Part shown: one piece after another, positions 1 through 9,513 of the stretch
How positions within the stretch are numbered: position 1 is the stretch's first letter
How the letters are laid out: every line of letters starts with the position of its first letter
Source of the DNA: an uncultured Phycisphaeraceae bacterium
GTDB taxonomy: Bacteria > Planctomycetota > Phycisphaerae > WQYP01
DNA: 64,000 nucleotides
Assembly: GCA_964610975.1 (NCBI GenBank)
Contig: CAZSYN010000001.1
Span: forward strand, 177,065-241,064
Reading direction: 5' to 3'
Program-made: the position numbers and the translations under genes
The notes under the pieces: model-generated
What the model was told of the DNA's origin: nothing
Database searches by the model: none
What the model saw: only the letters and a program-made list of their open reading frames with translations

Positions 1-1
1 C

Positions 2-142
2 GTTGCGGTGGGCATCGGCGATAATCCCTCATCGGCAATCACATACGCCGGCGCATTCATGTCGGGCACGGAGGGGCTTGTGGCTCATCTGAAAATGGCT
101 GCGGATGATATTGATGTGAAGTTAAAACAATACATATCATGA
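2..142 (+). CDS. C-terminal fragment of an unidentified protein. The frame ends ...DDIDVKLKQYIS then TGA, and the gene starts before the window.
   Basis: Open frame running from the window edge to a stop near 140, followed by an AT-rich promoter region for the next gene. Confidence 0.3.
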   Translation, partial: VAVGIGDNPSSAITYAGAFMSGTEGLVAHLKMAADDIDVKLKQYIS

Positions 143-226
143 TGTCATTATTGAATAAAGTCGCTATGTAATGATCTTACATGCAATTATCAGTTTATTA
201 ATTGACAATAAGGAAAGGAATGCCAA

Positions 227-1615
227 ATGAGTAAGCCGTTGTCTTTCAGCGGAGTAGTCCCGAGCCTGGCGCAGGTATCGGATCTCGGTCCGCCGCGTTC
301 TGAATGCGGTGTAGGCTGCCTGATGCCCTGGGCCGGCAAGCTGTATGTGCTGAATTACAATTCTCATCGCCGCGGAACGGGAACAGGCGTGAGCCTGCGC
401 GTGATTGAGGATGATTTTTCCATGGAAGTTGTGCCTGAAACAAAAGGCGTTGACGGCACATACGCCAACCGAATGATTCATGACGAAACCAATCAGCTCA
501 TCATCGGCCCGCACGTGATTGATGAGAAACATAACATCCGCACAGTCAAGGAAATCACGGAAGTGCGCCTGTGCGGAACCGCGCGCCACCTGACCAATCC
601 GGCCGAGCTTGTGTACATGCTGGGAATGGAGGGCGAACTCTTTGAGCTGAATGTTAAAACTCTTGAATGCAAATTGGTTTATGATCTGCAAAAAGAACTG
701 TCAACCGATGGCGAAGGCAAAGTTCACTTCAAGGATTGCTACAGTTGTTTTGGCCGGCTGATTGTCTGCTCAAATGATTATTTTGAGGAAGATTTTAAGG
801 GGCTGCGCACGCAGGGCCGCCTGGCGGAGTGGGACGGCAAGGGCAAGTGGCAGATTCTTGAGCAAAAGCCGTTTGTGTGCATACATGGCCGGCAGAATTT
901 TGCGGATACCATCTTTGCCACCGGATGGGATCGCGCGTCGGCGATACTGAAAGTGTTTACCAATAATGATAAAACGTGGCGCACGTATCGGCTGCCCAAA
1001 GCCTCGCATACTTTTGATCACAAGTGGCAGACGGAATGGCCGCGCATCCGCGAAGTTGAGCATGAGCGATTCCTGATGGACCATCACGGGATGTTTTATG
1101 AACTTTCGCCCTGGGCGTATGAGGGGCATGTGTGGGGTATCCGCCCGATCAGCACTCATTTGTGGGTGATTCCGGATTTCTGCACGTATCGCGGATTGCT
1201 GGTGCTCGGCGCGGATAACGCATCGCCGGCGCACGGCAAAAATACCTTGACGGCCGAACCGCAATCCGGTTTGTGGTTTGGCAAAACGGATGATCTGTGG
1301 CAATTTGGCAAGCCCAAAGGATGGGGCGGCCCGTGGTGGGAAACCAAAGTCAACGCCAATGAGGCCAGCGATCCGTACCTGATGACCGGTTTTGACCAGA
1401 AATGCATTCACCTGACGCACCAGGGCGACAAGAGCGTCAGCTTTGAGATTCAGGTGGATTTTTTGGGCAACGGCAAATGGGCCAGCTATGCGACGATTGA
1501 CGTCGCGGCCGGCGGATACGCGCACCATGAGTTCCCGAGCGGATTTTCCGCGCACTGGCTTCGCGTGATCGCCAAGTCCGCATGCGTGGCAACGGCGCAA
1601 CTGCATTATACGTAA
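227..1615 (+). CDS. Hypothetical cytoplasmic protein, 462 aa, no recognised domain.
   Basis: Long ORF with a good RBS (AAGGAAAGG) 7 nt upstream of the ATG. No signal peptide. An intrinsic terminator follows. Confidence 0.6.
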   Translation: MSKPLSFSGVVPSLAQVSDLGPPRSECGVGCLMPWAGKLYVLNYNSHRRGTGTGVSLRVIEDDFSMEVVPETKGVDGTYANRMIHDETNQLIIGPHVIDEKHNIRTVKEITEVRLCGTARHLTNPAELVYMLGMEGELFELNVKTLECKLVYDLQKELSTDGEGKVHFKDCYSCFGRLIVCSNDYFEEDFKGLRTQGRLAEWDGKGKWQILEQKPFVCIHGRQNFADTIFATGWDRASAILKVFTNNDKTWRTYRLPKASHTFDHKWQTEWPRIREVEHERFLMDHHGMFYELSPWAYEGHVWGIRPISTHLWVIPDFCTYRGLLVLGADNASPAHGKNTLTAEPQSGLWFGKTDDLWQFGKPKGWGGPWWETKVNANEASDPYLMTGFDQKCIHLTHQGDKSVSFEIQVDFLGNGKWASYATIDVAAGGYAHHEFPSGFSAHWLRVIAKSACVATAQLHYT

Positions 1616-1641
1616 GCCTTACGTCGCAATTGAACTCGTAC

Positions 1642-1685
1642 AAAAAAAAGAAGATGACCCGCAAGGGGCATCTTCTTTTTTTTTG
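1642..1685. terminator. Bidirectional intrinsic terminator (A-run, GAAGATGACCC/GGGGCATCTTC stem, T-run) between convergent genes.
   Basis: An 11-bp stem with GCAA loop flanked by A8 and T10; it sits downstream of the 227..1615 gene and of nrfA. Confidence 0.6.
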
Positions 1686-1696
1686 TATTGAATTTT

Positions 1697-1775
1697 ATCC
1701 TTCCGCGTCTCAGCGCATCCGCGTGATATTTTGCATTCGTTTTTTTCACGCGGAGATACGGAGATGCGGAAGGAA
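1697..1775. repeat. REP-like palindromic intergenic element, copy A. A second copy lies at 26177..26250.
   Basis: CCTTCCGCGTCTCAGCGCATCCGCGTGA ... TTTTTTCACGCGGAGATACGGAGATGCGGAAGG forms a long imperfect hairpin with about 25-bp arms. It is about 85-90% identical to the 26177..26250 copy. Confidence 0.55.
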
Positions 1776-1800
1776 AAGACAGGGGAAATTGAGAACCTGA

Positions 1801-3342
1801 CTATTTTTTCTCAATCATCGCTTTTTGTGCCGCAATTTCGCCCTGGCGCGCGTAATCAATGGCTTCGGCCAGGACGCGGGCTGCTTCCTGCGGTGCGTGG
1901 AAACCCATTGAGTTCTCGGCCGCGATGAAGTCAATGCGCCACTGCGCCTTGCGATGCATGGCCAATGCCGCGGCAAGCTGATCCTGCGGTACGCCGGCTT
2001 TCTTGGCCGCGACAATCGCGTCCATCATGTTGACCAGCGCATGGCCGGAACGCTGAAGCAGATCAAAGTTTCGCTGCTGAATGGTTTCGGCGCGCGCCTT
2101 AAGCTCTTCTTCCGCCACGGAATGACACGGCTGGCATGCGCGCGCGATGTTCAGCAGCGGCGAACGCACCCAGTGATCCGAAACCTTCATGGCGCCCTGG
2201 CGTTCATACGGCATGTGGCAATCGGCGCACGATACGCCTGCGCGGGCATGAATGCCCTGCGAAAAAAGTTCAAATTCAGGATGCTGAGCCTTGAGAAGTT
2301 CCGCGCCGGTCTCGGCATGTTTGTAGTCCATAAAGCGCGAACCGTCCGAGAATTTGGTGTCATCCCAGAATTTCTCAATATCTTCCGCCTTGAGTCCGTT
2401 GCCCCACGGAAACGTCAGCGGCATCTTGGTGGCGCAGTAATACTCCACATGGCACTGCGCGCAGACATAGGAACGCATTTCCTGGCGCGTGGCATCGCGA
2501 TTCGGATCGTAATCAGGCTTGCCACGCGAAGCCATCAGCGCCTTGATGCCGTTGATAAAGCCCGGGCGCGTGACGCGCAACTCCATATTGGCGGGATTGT
2601 GGCAATCCACGCACGAAACCGGATGCGCCCGGCCCGCGGCATTTTGCGAAACCAGCGCGGCCTGCGTGGTGCTTTGCGGTTGAGGCGCTTTGTGCGGATC
2701 AGTCAGGACGTCAGGGCGAAGATCAGAACCGATCAGCATCTGGCGCATGGAGGGCGTGAGTTTGTCGGAACCGTCAGGCGTTTTAAGCAGTTCGGCATGC
2801 GCTTCAAGATAGGACATTTTGCTCATCATGACGAAGCCTTTTTGAACATCGCCATCGCCAAGTCTGCGGTAGGTGGGGATGATGGAGGCGTGGCAGTGCA
2901 GGCAGCTTCCGCCCTGGGGTTTATCGCCCACGCGCCGCGTGGATTCCTGATCATGCAGCATATAGGCGTGGCCGCGGCGGTCACGATAATCAATGGCAAA
3001 GGCGTAACCGAGGAACATACGCTTGAGCCACGGGTCGCGCTCTATTTTTTCTTCAGGGAGGGCTTCCGAACCGCCATGCCCGCCGAAACGGGTACGTGTT
3101 GAGACTGCTGTGCGCAGATAGGAATCATATTCGCGCGGCCAGTTAACGCCCCATACGGCCGGGTCTGTGGTGGATTCGTCCACGTCAATAAAACGGATGT
3201 AGGGGTTTTTGGCTTCCTGTTTGCGTTCAAAAATATTCGTCAGCAGGGCCATGATGCCCGCGGTGATACCGGCGGTCACAATGATGGCGACGATAAAACG
3301 CCCCCACATAAAACGGGGTTGAGCAGGCGGTTGTTGAGTCAT
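1801..3342 (-). CDS. nrfA: Cytochrome c nitrite reductase, pentahaem catalytic subunit NrfA (ammonia-forming).
   Basis: Five CXXCH motifs (CLHCH, CVDCH, CAQCH, CADCH, CQPCH) and NrfA-like conserved blocks. N-terminal TM anchor from the Met at 3342. Its ATG overlaps the nrfH stop as ATGA. The ORF track extends to 3462 but the start is called at MTQQPP. Confidence 0.9.
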   Translation of the reverse strand: MTQQPPAQPRFMWGRFIVAIIVTAGITAGIMALLTNIFERKQEAKNPYIRFIDVDESTTDPAVWGVNWPREYDSYLRTAVSTRTRFGGHGGSEALPEEKIERDPWLKRMFLGYAFAIDYRDRRGHAYMLHDQESTRRVGDKPQGGSCLHCHASIIPTYRRLGDGDVQKGFVMMSKMSYLEAHAELLKTPDGSDKLTPSMRQMLIGSDLRPDVLTDPHKAPQPQSTTQAALVSQNAAGRAHPVSCVDCHNPANMELRVTRPGFINGIKALMASRGKPDYDPNRDATRQEMRSYVCAQCHVEYYCATKMPLTFPWGNGLKAEDIEKFWDDTKFSDGSRFMDYKHAETGAELLKAQHPEFELFSQGIHARAGVSCADCHMPYERQGAMKVSDHWVRSPLLNIARACQPCHSVAEEELKARAETIQQRNFDLLQRSGHALVNMMDAIVAAKKAGVPQDQLAAALAMHRKAQWRIDFIAAENSMGFHAPQEAARVLAEAIDYARQGEIAAQKAMIEKK

Positions 3343-3887
3343 TTGTGCATCTCCTGCGACTGTGAATGTGGTACGGCCGGCGCAAACTGCACCAGGACGT
3401 ATTGCGGCACTGAAGCTGGTTTTTGCGGTCCGTGGCCTACGCTGCGGTGGCAATGAACGCAAAGCACCCCGGCCTCGGCAACAGTGGCGCGCGTGGTCAG
3501 CGCTTCGTGGACAAAGCTATCGTGGCAACGGATACAGTTGGCCTGAAGAATTTCGGCATTGCGCCTGGTGATCCTGATCGGCTCATGAAAATCCTGCATG
3601 GTAAATGCGCGGCTGTGATTCCAGCCGTTAACGGCTTTGGTGGTGTATTTGCCTATTATGTCATGCGGCGTGTGACAATCATTGCAGACGGCGACATGAT
3701 GATGGCCTGACCTGGCCCAGGAATTGAATTGATCCGTCATGATGTGGCAATTCATGCAGGCCCGGGGATCATTTGACATGTAGGAAATGCCCTGGGCGTA
3801 CAAAAATGTAAACGAACCCGCTCCTATCATGATGCCGATCATGACCGCGAGGGTGAAAATCAAGCGTGAAAGTCGTAATCGCGGCAT
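3339..3887 (-). CDS. nrfH: Tetrahaem cytochrome c, NapC/NirT family, membrane quinol dehydrogenase NrfH.
   Basis: N-terminal TM helix and four CXXCH motifs (CMNCH, CNDCH, CIRCH, CVHCH). Lies directly upstream of nrfA with a 4-nt overlap. RBS AAGGATGA. Confidence 0.9.
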   Translation of the reverse strand: MPRLRLSRLIFTLAVMIGIMIGAGSFTFLYAQGISYMSNDPRACMNCHIMTDQFNSWARSGHHHVAVCNDCHTPHDIIGKYTTKAVNGWNHSRAFTMQDFHEPIRITRRNAEILQANCIRCHDSFVHEALTTRATVAEAGVLCVHCHRSVGHGPQKPASVPQYVLVQFAPAVPHSQSQEMHK

Positions 3888-4201
3888 AAATCATCCTTAT
3901 TGATGCTCGGCGACTATGATCCACTGGCGCTATAAAAATAAGCGGCTGTCTACAAATCGTGACTGGGAACCACGTATAAACGAATTGCTACTCGGAAATG
4001 TAGTACGAAAATCTGCTTGTGTCACGCAAAATTTCCCAAAATGTACATGTTTTACACTACGAATCGCCGGAACAGGGTAGCGCCGACGCAAAAGTAGAAA
4101 ATTGTTCGGGAAAAGTATCTCATGATGTGATACAATTTTCCGCCGACCTGACCGGCTTGGGGGCCGGGTGGGATTGTAACAAGCTCAAGTTAGGGGAAGC
4201 G

Positions 4202-5488
4202 ATGCCAAAAAGCGTTCAAATCGTGTACGAAGGCAAGACTTACGAGTACCCGATTGTGGAGGGAACCGAGGGTGAACTTGGTTTTGATATCTCCAAGTTA
4301 CGCGGTGATACGGGCTTAATTACGCTTGACCAGGGTTACGGCAATACGGGCTCGTGCACAAGTGCGATTACTTATATTGACGGCGATAAAGGCATTCTGC
4401 GTTATCGCGGCGTTCCGATTGAAGAATTTGCCCAGCATCCGGATTTTGTCGAAGTGGCATGGCTGATTATCTTTGGCCAGCTTCCCAAGAAGGATGAGCT
4501 GAACCGTTTTCGCCAGCGCTTAACGGCCAACGCGCATCTGCATGAAGCGATGAAGCACCACTTTGAGGGCTTCCCGACCAATGCGCCACCGATGGCGATT
4601 ACCTCGGCCATGATCAACACCATGGGTTGTTTTCATGCCGAGCTGAGCTCCATGCGCGATGATGAGATTTTTGAAGAGGCCGCCGCGCGGTTGATTTCCA
4701 AGATCCGCACGATTGCGGCGTTTACTTACCGCCGTGTGCGCGGGCTGCCGTATATTTATGCAGATCCGAAGCTGCGTTACGGCGCCAACCTGCTGCATAT
4801 GATGTTCTCAATGCCGTATGAGCAATACGTGGTTGATTCGGAAGTTGAAGATGCGCTGAACCTTGTCATGATTCTGCATGCGGATCACGAGCAGAACTGT
4901 TCAACATCCACGGTGCGCATGGTAGGCTCAAGCCAGGCGAATCTGTTCGCAAGCTGTGCGGCCGGTGTTTGCGCGCTTTGGGGTCCGCTGCATGGCGGCG
5001 CCAATGTGGCGGTGCTTGAGATGCTTGAGCAGATTCACCAGGGCGGCCTGACAGCTGATAAGTATCTTGAACTTGCCAAAAAGAAAGACAGCGGCGTGCG
5101 CCTGATGGGTTTTGGCCACCGCGTGTATAAGAATTATGATCCGCGCGCCAAGATGCTCAAAAATGTCATGGATCGCGTACTGACCAAGCTCAACCGCAAA
5201 GACCCGCTGCTTGATATCGCCCGCGGCCTTGAAGAGCTGGCGCTCAAGGATTCGTATTTTGTGGATCGCAAGCTCTATCCGAACGTGGATTTCTACAGCG
5301 GCATCATCCTGCGCGCGCTGGGCATCCCGACGAACATGTTTACGGTGATGTTTGCCATCGGCCGGTTGCCAGGGTGGATCGCGCAATGGAAAGAACAACA
5401 CGATGATCCGGCGACGAAAATCGCCCGTCCGCGCCAGATTTATAATGGCCCGGTCAATAAGCACTATATTCCGGTTGATGAACGGTAA
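4202..5488 (+). CDS. gltA: Citrate synthase (type II).
   Basis: Family-wide conservation throughout (GYGNTGSCTSAITYIDGDKGILRYRG ... GFGHRVYKNYDPRA). The ORF track begins at 4019; the start is called at MPKSVQ (4202), which has a GGGGAAG RBS. Confidence 0.9.
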   Translation: MPKSVQIVYEGKTYEYPIVEGTEGELGFDISKLRGDTGLITLDQGYGNTGSCTSAITYIDGDKGILRYRGVPIEEFAQHPDFVEVAWLIIFGQLPKKDELNRFRQRLTANAHLHEAMKHHFEGFPTNAPPMAITSAMINTMGCFHAELSSMRDDEIFEEAAARLISKIRTIAAFTYRRVRGLPYIYADPKLRYGANLLHMMFSMPYEQYVVDSEVEDALNLVMILHADHEQNCSTSTVRMVGSSQANLFASCAAGVCALWGPLHGGANVAVLEMLEQIHQGGLTADKYLELAKKKDSGVRLMGFGHRVYKNYDPRAKMLKNVMDRVLTKLNRKDPLLDIARGLEELALKDSYFVDRKLYPNVDFYSGIILRALGIPTNMFTVMFAIGRLPGWIAQWKEQHDDPATKIARPRQIYNGPVNKHYIPVDER

Positions 5489-5502
5489 TAGGGCTGCTTT
5501 GA

Positions 5503-5547
5503 AAAGAAAACAAAAGCCTCGGCAGGAGCGCCGAGGCTTTTTGTTTT
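5503..5547. terminator. Bidirectional intrinsic terminator between gltA and the convergent PEP-CTERM gene.
   Basis: AAGCCTCGGC/GCCGAGGCTT stem flanked by an A-run and a T-run. Confidence 0.55.
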
Positions 5548-5578
5548 GTAAAGTAAAACCTTACCGGCCTACGGAAAA

Positions 5579-6469
5579 TCAGCGGCGCCTGCGAGAAAGA
5601 AACATCACTGCGCCGACGGCTAAAACACCAAGTGAGGCAGGTTCCGGACAGGCAACTTCCTCAACTTCGCCCATGACAATTGAGATGGTAAATTCAGTGA
5701 GTTCGTGGCCGGCGATGACCCATGTGGTGTATCCGCTGCCAAGCGTGACCAAATTGTAATCAATCCAGTTTCCGGGCGTCTGATACTGAAGGCAAAGCCC
5801 ACCGTGGCCATTATCCACAAGATTCAGCGTGTTGATATCCGTGCCGGTATCAAGTGAAGTTTTGATAAAGCCGTCAATGATGCGGCAATCGGCAATGGAC
5901 GGATCGGAGTTCGTATCGTAGTGATAGCCGGAATCCTGCCAATAGGTGTACTTGGTCCACCCCCAAAGCAAAGTATCGTGAACGACCACGCCATTGATAT
6001 CAACGCCGTCAATGGTTAACTGCGCGCAATCATGCAGGAGAATCTGAACCTGCGGCCACCAGTTGACGGATGTGACGTTGACTTTCCAGCTTTCCACAAA
6101 TCCGCCGCCGGAAGTAATGGATACGCCGCTGGTCGAGCTGAATGTCAGCAGGCTGGCATAATTGTGAAGAGAACCTGAATAATAGGAATTGAGATACCAA
6201 TTGGCGGCGTCATAACTTTTGGTACCAAAACTGCCGGAATTACTTTGCAAAACGCTGAAAATTGACGTCGCATTGCCATAACCACGATTGGCCAGCATGC
6301 TAGCCGCGGAAGCCATGTATTGTTCGGATGAATTGGCGGCCTGATAATACTGTTGCATGGATGATGGCTTTTCCCACTGAACGGTCCAGTCAACGGCTGC
6401 GAATACTGAAGAGGATAAAAAACATACCACACCGGCAGCCGCCCATTTTTGATCCCACATGTGCATCAT
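5579..6469 (-). CDS. Secreted PEP-CTERM-anchored protein (exosortase substrate).
   Basis: Signal peptide. C-terminus VACPEPASLGVLAVGAVMFLSRRRR is a PEP motif followed by a TM helix and an Arg cluster. Start called at MMHM, which has a GGGAGGA RBS; the ORF track extends to 6529. Confidence 0.75.
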   Translation of the reverse strand: MMHMWDQKWAAAGVVCFLSSSVFAAVDWTVQWEKPSSMQQYYQAANSSEQYMASAASMLANRGYGNATSIFSVLQSNSGSFGTKSYDAANWYLNSYYSGSLHNYASLLTFSSTSGVSITSGGGFVESWKVNVTSVNWWPQVQILLHDCAQLTIDGVDINGVVVHDTLLWGWTKYTYWQDSGYHYDTNSDPSIADCRIIDGFIKTSLDTGTDINTLNLVDNGHGGLCLQYQTPGNWIDYNLVTLGSGYTTWVIAGHELTEFTISIVMGEVEEVACPEPASLGVLAVGAVMFLSRRRR

Positions 6470-6700
6470 GATTCCTCCCACGAGAATATGTGATGAAATT
6501 AGCCCACAAAAAAACAAGACGCTTCTCAATCAATATGCATAGGTCAAGAATAACTGCGCTTTTGCTGAAAGCCAGAAATAAAAAAATGAATTGTAAATAT
6601 CTACTACAGTCAATAAAGAATATGCGCAGTACTATTTTGAATGCGCATATTTATACCCGTATATAAATGTGGGGTTGCGTGCAGATTGCGCCGACAAAGC

Positions 6701-6745
6701 CAAATAAAAAAGGGCGGTTCTGAAGAACCGCCCCTGTGAAAAAAT
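6701..6745 (-). terminator. Intrinsic terminator of the malic enzyme gene. It is also hairpin-competent on the plus strand.
   Basis: GGGCGGTTC/GAACCGCCC stem. On the minus-strand transcript it is followed by TTTTTTATTT. Confidence 0.5.
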
Positions 6746-6765
6746 TGTGAAAAGATTCCTGAAGT

Positions 6766-8040
6766 TTACTGTGCGATGCGCGCTTCAAGAGTCTTGCGAT
6801 ATTCGTTGATATCAATATTTTTGCGGGCCACTCCGGTATCAATGGCGGCCTTGGCGACTGCGGTGGCTTCCCACGGCAGAACGCGCGAATCAAAAGGTTT
6901 CGGAATGATCATTTCGCGGCCAAACTCAAGGTGCTTGAGATTGTAGGCCTTGGCCACGTATTCCGGAACCGGTTCGCGAGCAAGTGCGGCCAACGCTCTG
7001 GCGGCAGCAATCTTCATTTCTTCATTGATCTGCTTGGCCTGCACATCAAGCGCGCCGCGGAAGATGAACGGGAAGCCCAGAACGTTGTTGATCTGGTTCG
7101 GGTAATCCGAGCGGCCGGTGGCGACGATGGCGTCAGGACGGGTTGCGCGGGCCAGTTCATATTTGATTTCCGGATCGGGATTGGCCATCGCGAAAATGAG
7201 CGGATTGGGCGCCATAGTCTTGACCATGTCAGCCGTGAGAATGTCGGCCGCGGAGAGGCCGTAGAATACGTCGGCATCCTTTACCGCATCGGCCAGCGTG
7301 CGGGCGCCGGTCTCAATGGCGAACTGTTCCTTAAACGGGTTCATGCCTTTCTGGCGGCCCTTATAAACCACGCCTGTGGTATCGACCAGCAGGACGTTGC
7401 TCTTTTTGACGCCCAGGCTCATGGCAAGGCGGGTGCAGGAAAGTGCGGCCGCGCCGGCGCCGGAGATCACCATCTTGATGCTCTCTGGTTTCTTGCCGAC
7501 GATATCAAGGCCGTTGATCAGGCCGGCGGCCGTGATGATGGCCGTGCCGTGCTGGTCATCGTGGAAAACCGGGATATCGCAGATTTCCTTGAGGCGTTCT
7601 TCAATGATAAAACATTCCGGCGCCTTGATGTCCTCGAGGTTGATGCCGCCGAAAGTGGGCGCAAGCGCGGCAACGATCTTGATGATGTCTTCCGGATCGC
7701 GCGCATTGAGCTCAATATCAAAAACATCAATGTCGGCAAAACGCTTGAACAAAACGCCTTTGCCTTCCATCACGGGCTTGCTGGCCAGCGGGCCGCGGTC
7801 GCCCAGGCCCAGAATGGCAGTGCCGTTTGAAATGACGGCAACCAGATTGCCTTTGCTGGTGTACTGATAAGCAAGCGAAGGATCGCGGGCGATTTCGAGC
7901 ACCGGTACGGCAACGCCCGGCGAATAGGCAAGGCTTAAATCATGCTGAGTCTGAAGCGGTTTGGTGGGGGCGATTGAGATTTTGCCCGGCTTACCGTTGA
8001 GATGATGGTAAGCCAAAGCTTGTGACTTGAGATCTGACAT
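6766..8040 (-). CDS. maeB: NAD(P)-dependent malic enzyme, ME-only form without a C-terminal PTA domain.
   Basis: The N-terminus aligns with MaeB ([12 protein letters not shown], dinucleotide-binding GAGAAA). Start called at MSDLKS, which aligns with E. coli MDDQLK. The ORF track extends to 8088. Confidence 0.85.
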   Translation of the reverse strand: MSDLKSQALAYHHLNGKPGKISIAPTKPLQTQHDLSLAYSPGVAVPVLEIARDPSLAYQYTSKGNLVAVISNGTAILGLGDRGPLASKPVMEGKGVLFKRFADIDVFDIELNARDPEDIIKIVAALAPTFGGINLEDIKAPECFIIEERLKEICDIPVFHDDQHGTAIITAAGLINGLDIVGKKPESIKMVISGAGAAALSCTRLAMSLGVKKSNVLLVDTTGVVYKGRQKGMNPFKEQFAIETGARTLADAVKDADVFYGLSAADILTADMVKTMAPNPLIFAMANPDPEIKYELARATRPDAIVATGRSDYPNQINNVLGFPFIFRGALDVQAKQINEEMKIAAARALAALAREPVPEYVAKAYNLKHLEFGREMIIPKPFDSRVLPWEATAVAKAAIDTGVARKNIDINEYRKTLEARIAQ

Positions 8041-8300
8041 GTAACAGTTCCTCGGCGAGGGACAAACGAAAACACCGACTTGGGACATTCCCGAGTCGCC
8101 ATCACGACTTCTGTAGAGCTGAATCCGGGGTAGGCCGATGCGGTTAATACGCTGCTCGGCCGAGAACCAGACGGGCCAACAGTCATCAGAATAAAGACAA
8201 AATAGGAATTTTTAGGATAATTGCAAACTTTCTGACATGTTTTTCAGAAGTCATAGGGTATTTTGTAGAAAGAATTTACAGCAAAACTTTGTGAAGTTTC

Positions 8301-9485
8301 TCACGGACGATGTAAAACCGGATTGAGCCAGTCAACGCGAGCTAAAACATCCTGATATGAGTCAAAATCAGCACGAAGTTCCAAAATATTGACGTTGCTG
8401 ATGTTAAGAATAATTGTTTGAGGCTGTAAACCGGGAGCAAGCTTGAATCTTGAGTAAATTTCCTTGCCATCGGCCCATACGGAGATGTTTGCGCGGCCGA
8501 GTGGCGCCGCGGAATCATCCATTGCGACTGCAAACGAAAATTTCGTAAACGCTCTGTTAATCTCATACACAAGCCGGCCTTTGGTCTGCATGCCGATGCC
8601 ATAATCGTAAACAACACCGGCCACGGCAAGCGGCTTGCCTGTAACGTTTGTGTTCATGCGTGCCAGGCGCAGCGGGCCAAGATAGGGATGATGAATATTT
8701 TCTGTGGGGACGAAATCTGTGAGCGAACAGGCGTTGCCGTTGAGCATGTCTATGCCACGGATGATTTCCGCAGGACAGGCCACATCATGACCGGCAGGGT
8801 CCTTAAAAGTGAGTTTGCTCAGCGACCAGTTGAGCGAGGGAGAAGTAAGCGTAGTACCGTTTGAGATGCGGATGCGCGCCTGAAGTTGATCCGTGGCCGG
8901 CACGGGCACGCCGGCAAAGACCAGGCGGTCAACCTGGGCGAGATCAACGGAGGTCAGGCCGAGATCCGACTGTATCTGAATTTTACTCTCGCCAATATCG
9001 GCAACGAGTCCCTCAAGTTTATCACCATTTTTGAGGCGTAAAAGATCTCGCGCGGCCGAAGCCGGCTGTGTAAGCAGGAGTTGCGCATCTGCGGAATCTG
9101 AATATGCTGTGAGAAGTGAGGCGGACTTAAGCGGAATCTCAATTTTGCCCAGGCCGGGAGCGTCGTAGTTGAGCGAATTACCCTGAATGCCAATCGGCCG
9201 GCCGATGATGATATCACCGTTACGCAACAACAGCCGCCATAGTGCGTCGGGATTAGTCTGTAATGGTGAACTGGTTGCGGATTGACGCACAACAAAAACG
9301 GAACGTGCGGGTATAACCATAAGTTTGCCATCGGCCTGAGTGGCTGAGAACGTTCCGTTGAGCGACCATTCCTGAACGGTGAGCTTATCAAATTTTTCCT
9401 GTGCGGCGTTGATCAACAGGCAATCCGCAAAAGAGTATGATGCGTATAAAAAGATTACGCCGAGTGTGATCAGCCATTTTTGCAT
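8301..9485 (-). CDS. Hypothetical secreted protein; last gene of the MoxR/Bat-like operon.
   Basis: Signal peptide from MQKWLITLGVIFLYASYSFA. Co-oriented and tightly spaced with the upstream operon genes. No domain recognised. Confidence 0.55.
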   Translation of the reverse strand: MQKWLITLGVIFLYASYSFADCLLINAAQEKFDKLTVQEWSLNGTFSATQADGKLMVIPARSVFVVRQSATSSPLQTNPDALWRLLLRNGDIIIGRPIGIQGNSLNYDAPGLGKIEIPLKSASLLTAYSDSADAQLLLTQPASAARDLLRLKNGDKLEGLVADIGESKIQIQSDLGLTSVDLAQVDRLVFAGVPVPATDQLQARIRISNGTTLTSPSLNWSLSKLTFKDPAGHDVACPAEIIRGIDMLNGNACSLTDFVPTENIHHPYLGPLRLARMNTNVTGKPLAVAGVVYDYGIGMQTKGRLVYEINRAFTKFSFAVAMDDSAAPLGRANISVWADGKEIYSRFKLAPGLQPQTIILNISNVNILELRADFDSYQDVLARVDWLNPVLHRP

Positions 9486-9513
9486 TGATGATATCACCCG
9501 AAGTTCCTTCTTG

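Noticed and set aside
1954-3102. 382-aa plus-strand ORF antisense to nrfA. Similar long antisense ORFs occur at 770..1606, 6931..7830, 20986..21402, 22575..23219 and 53165..53569.
   Set aside because: They lie entirely inside well-supported genes on the opposite strand or in alternate frames. Their Arg/Ala/Gly-rich composition is typical of GC-rich shadow ORFs. They have no RBS and no recognisable domains.
3888-4201. FNR/CRP-type sites (TTGAT-N4-ATCAA or TGTGA-N6-TCACA) in the nrfH/gltA divergent region.
   Set aside because: Only half-site-like fragments (TGTGTCACG, TTGATGCTC) without the properly spaced partner were found, so no site is claimed.
8041-8180. GC-rich about 140-nt segment upstream of maeB, considered as an ncRNA or the N-terminal extension listed in the ORF track ([16 protein letters not shown]).
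   Set aside because: Alignment with MaeB N-termini places the start at MSDLKS (8040). The extra 16 codons lack an RBS, and the region is better explained as a 5' UTR; no known RNA family features were seen.
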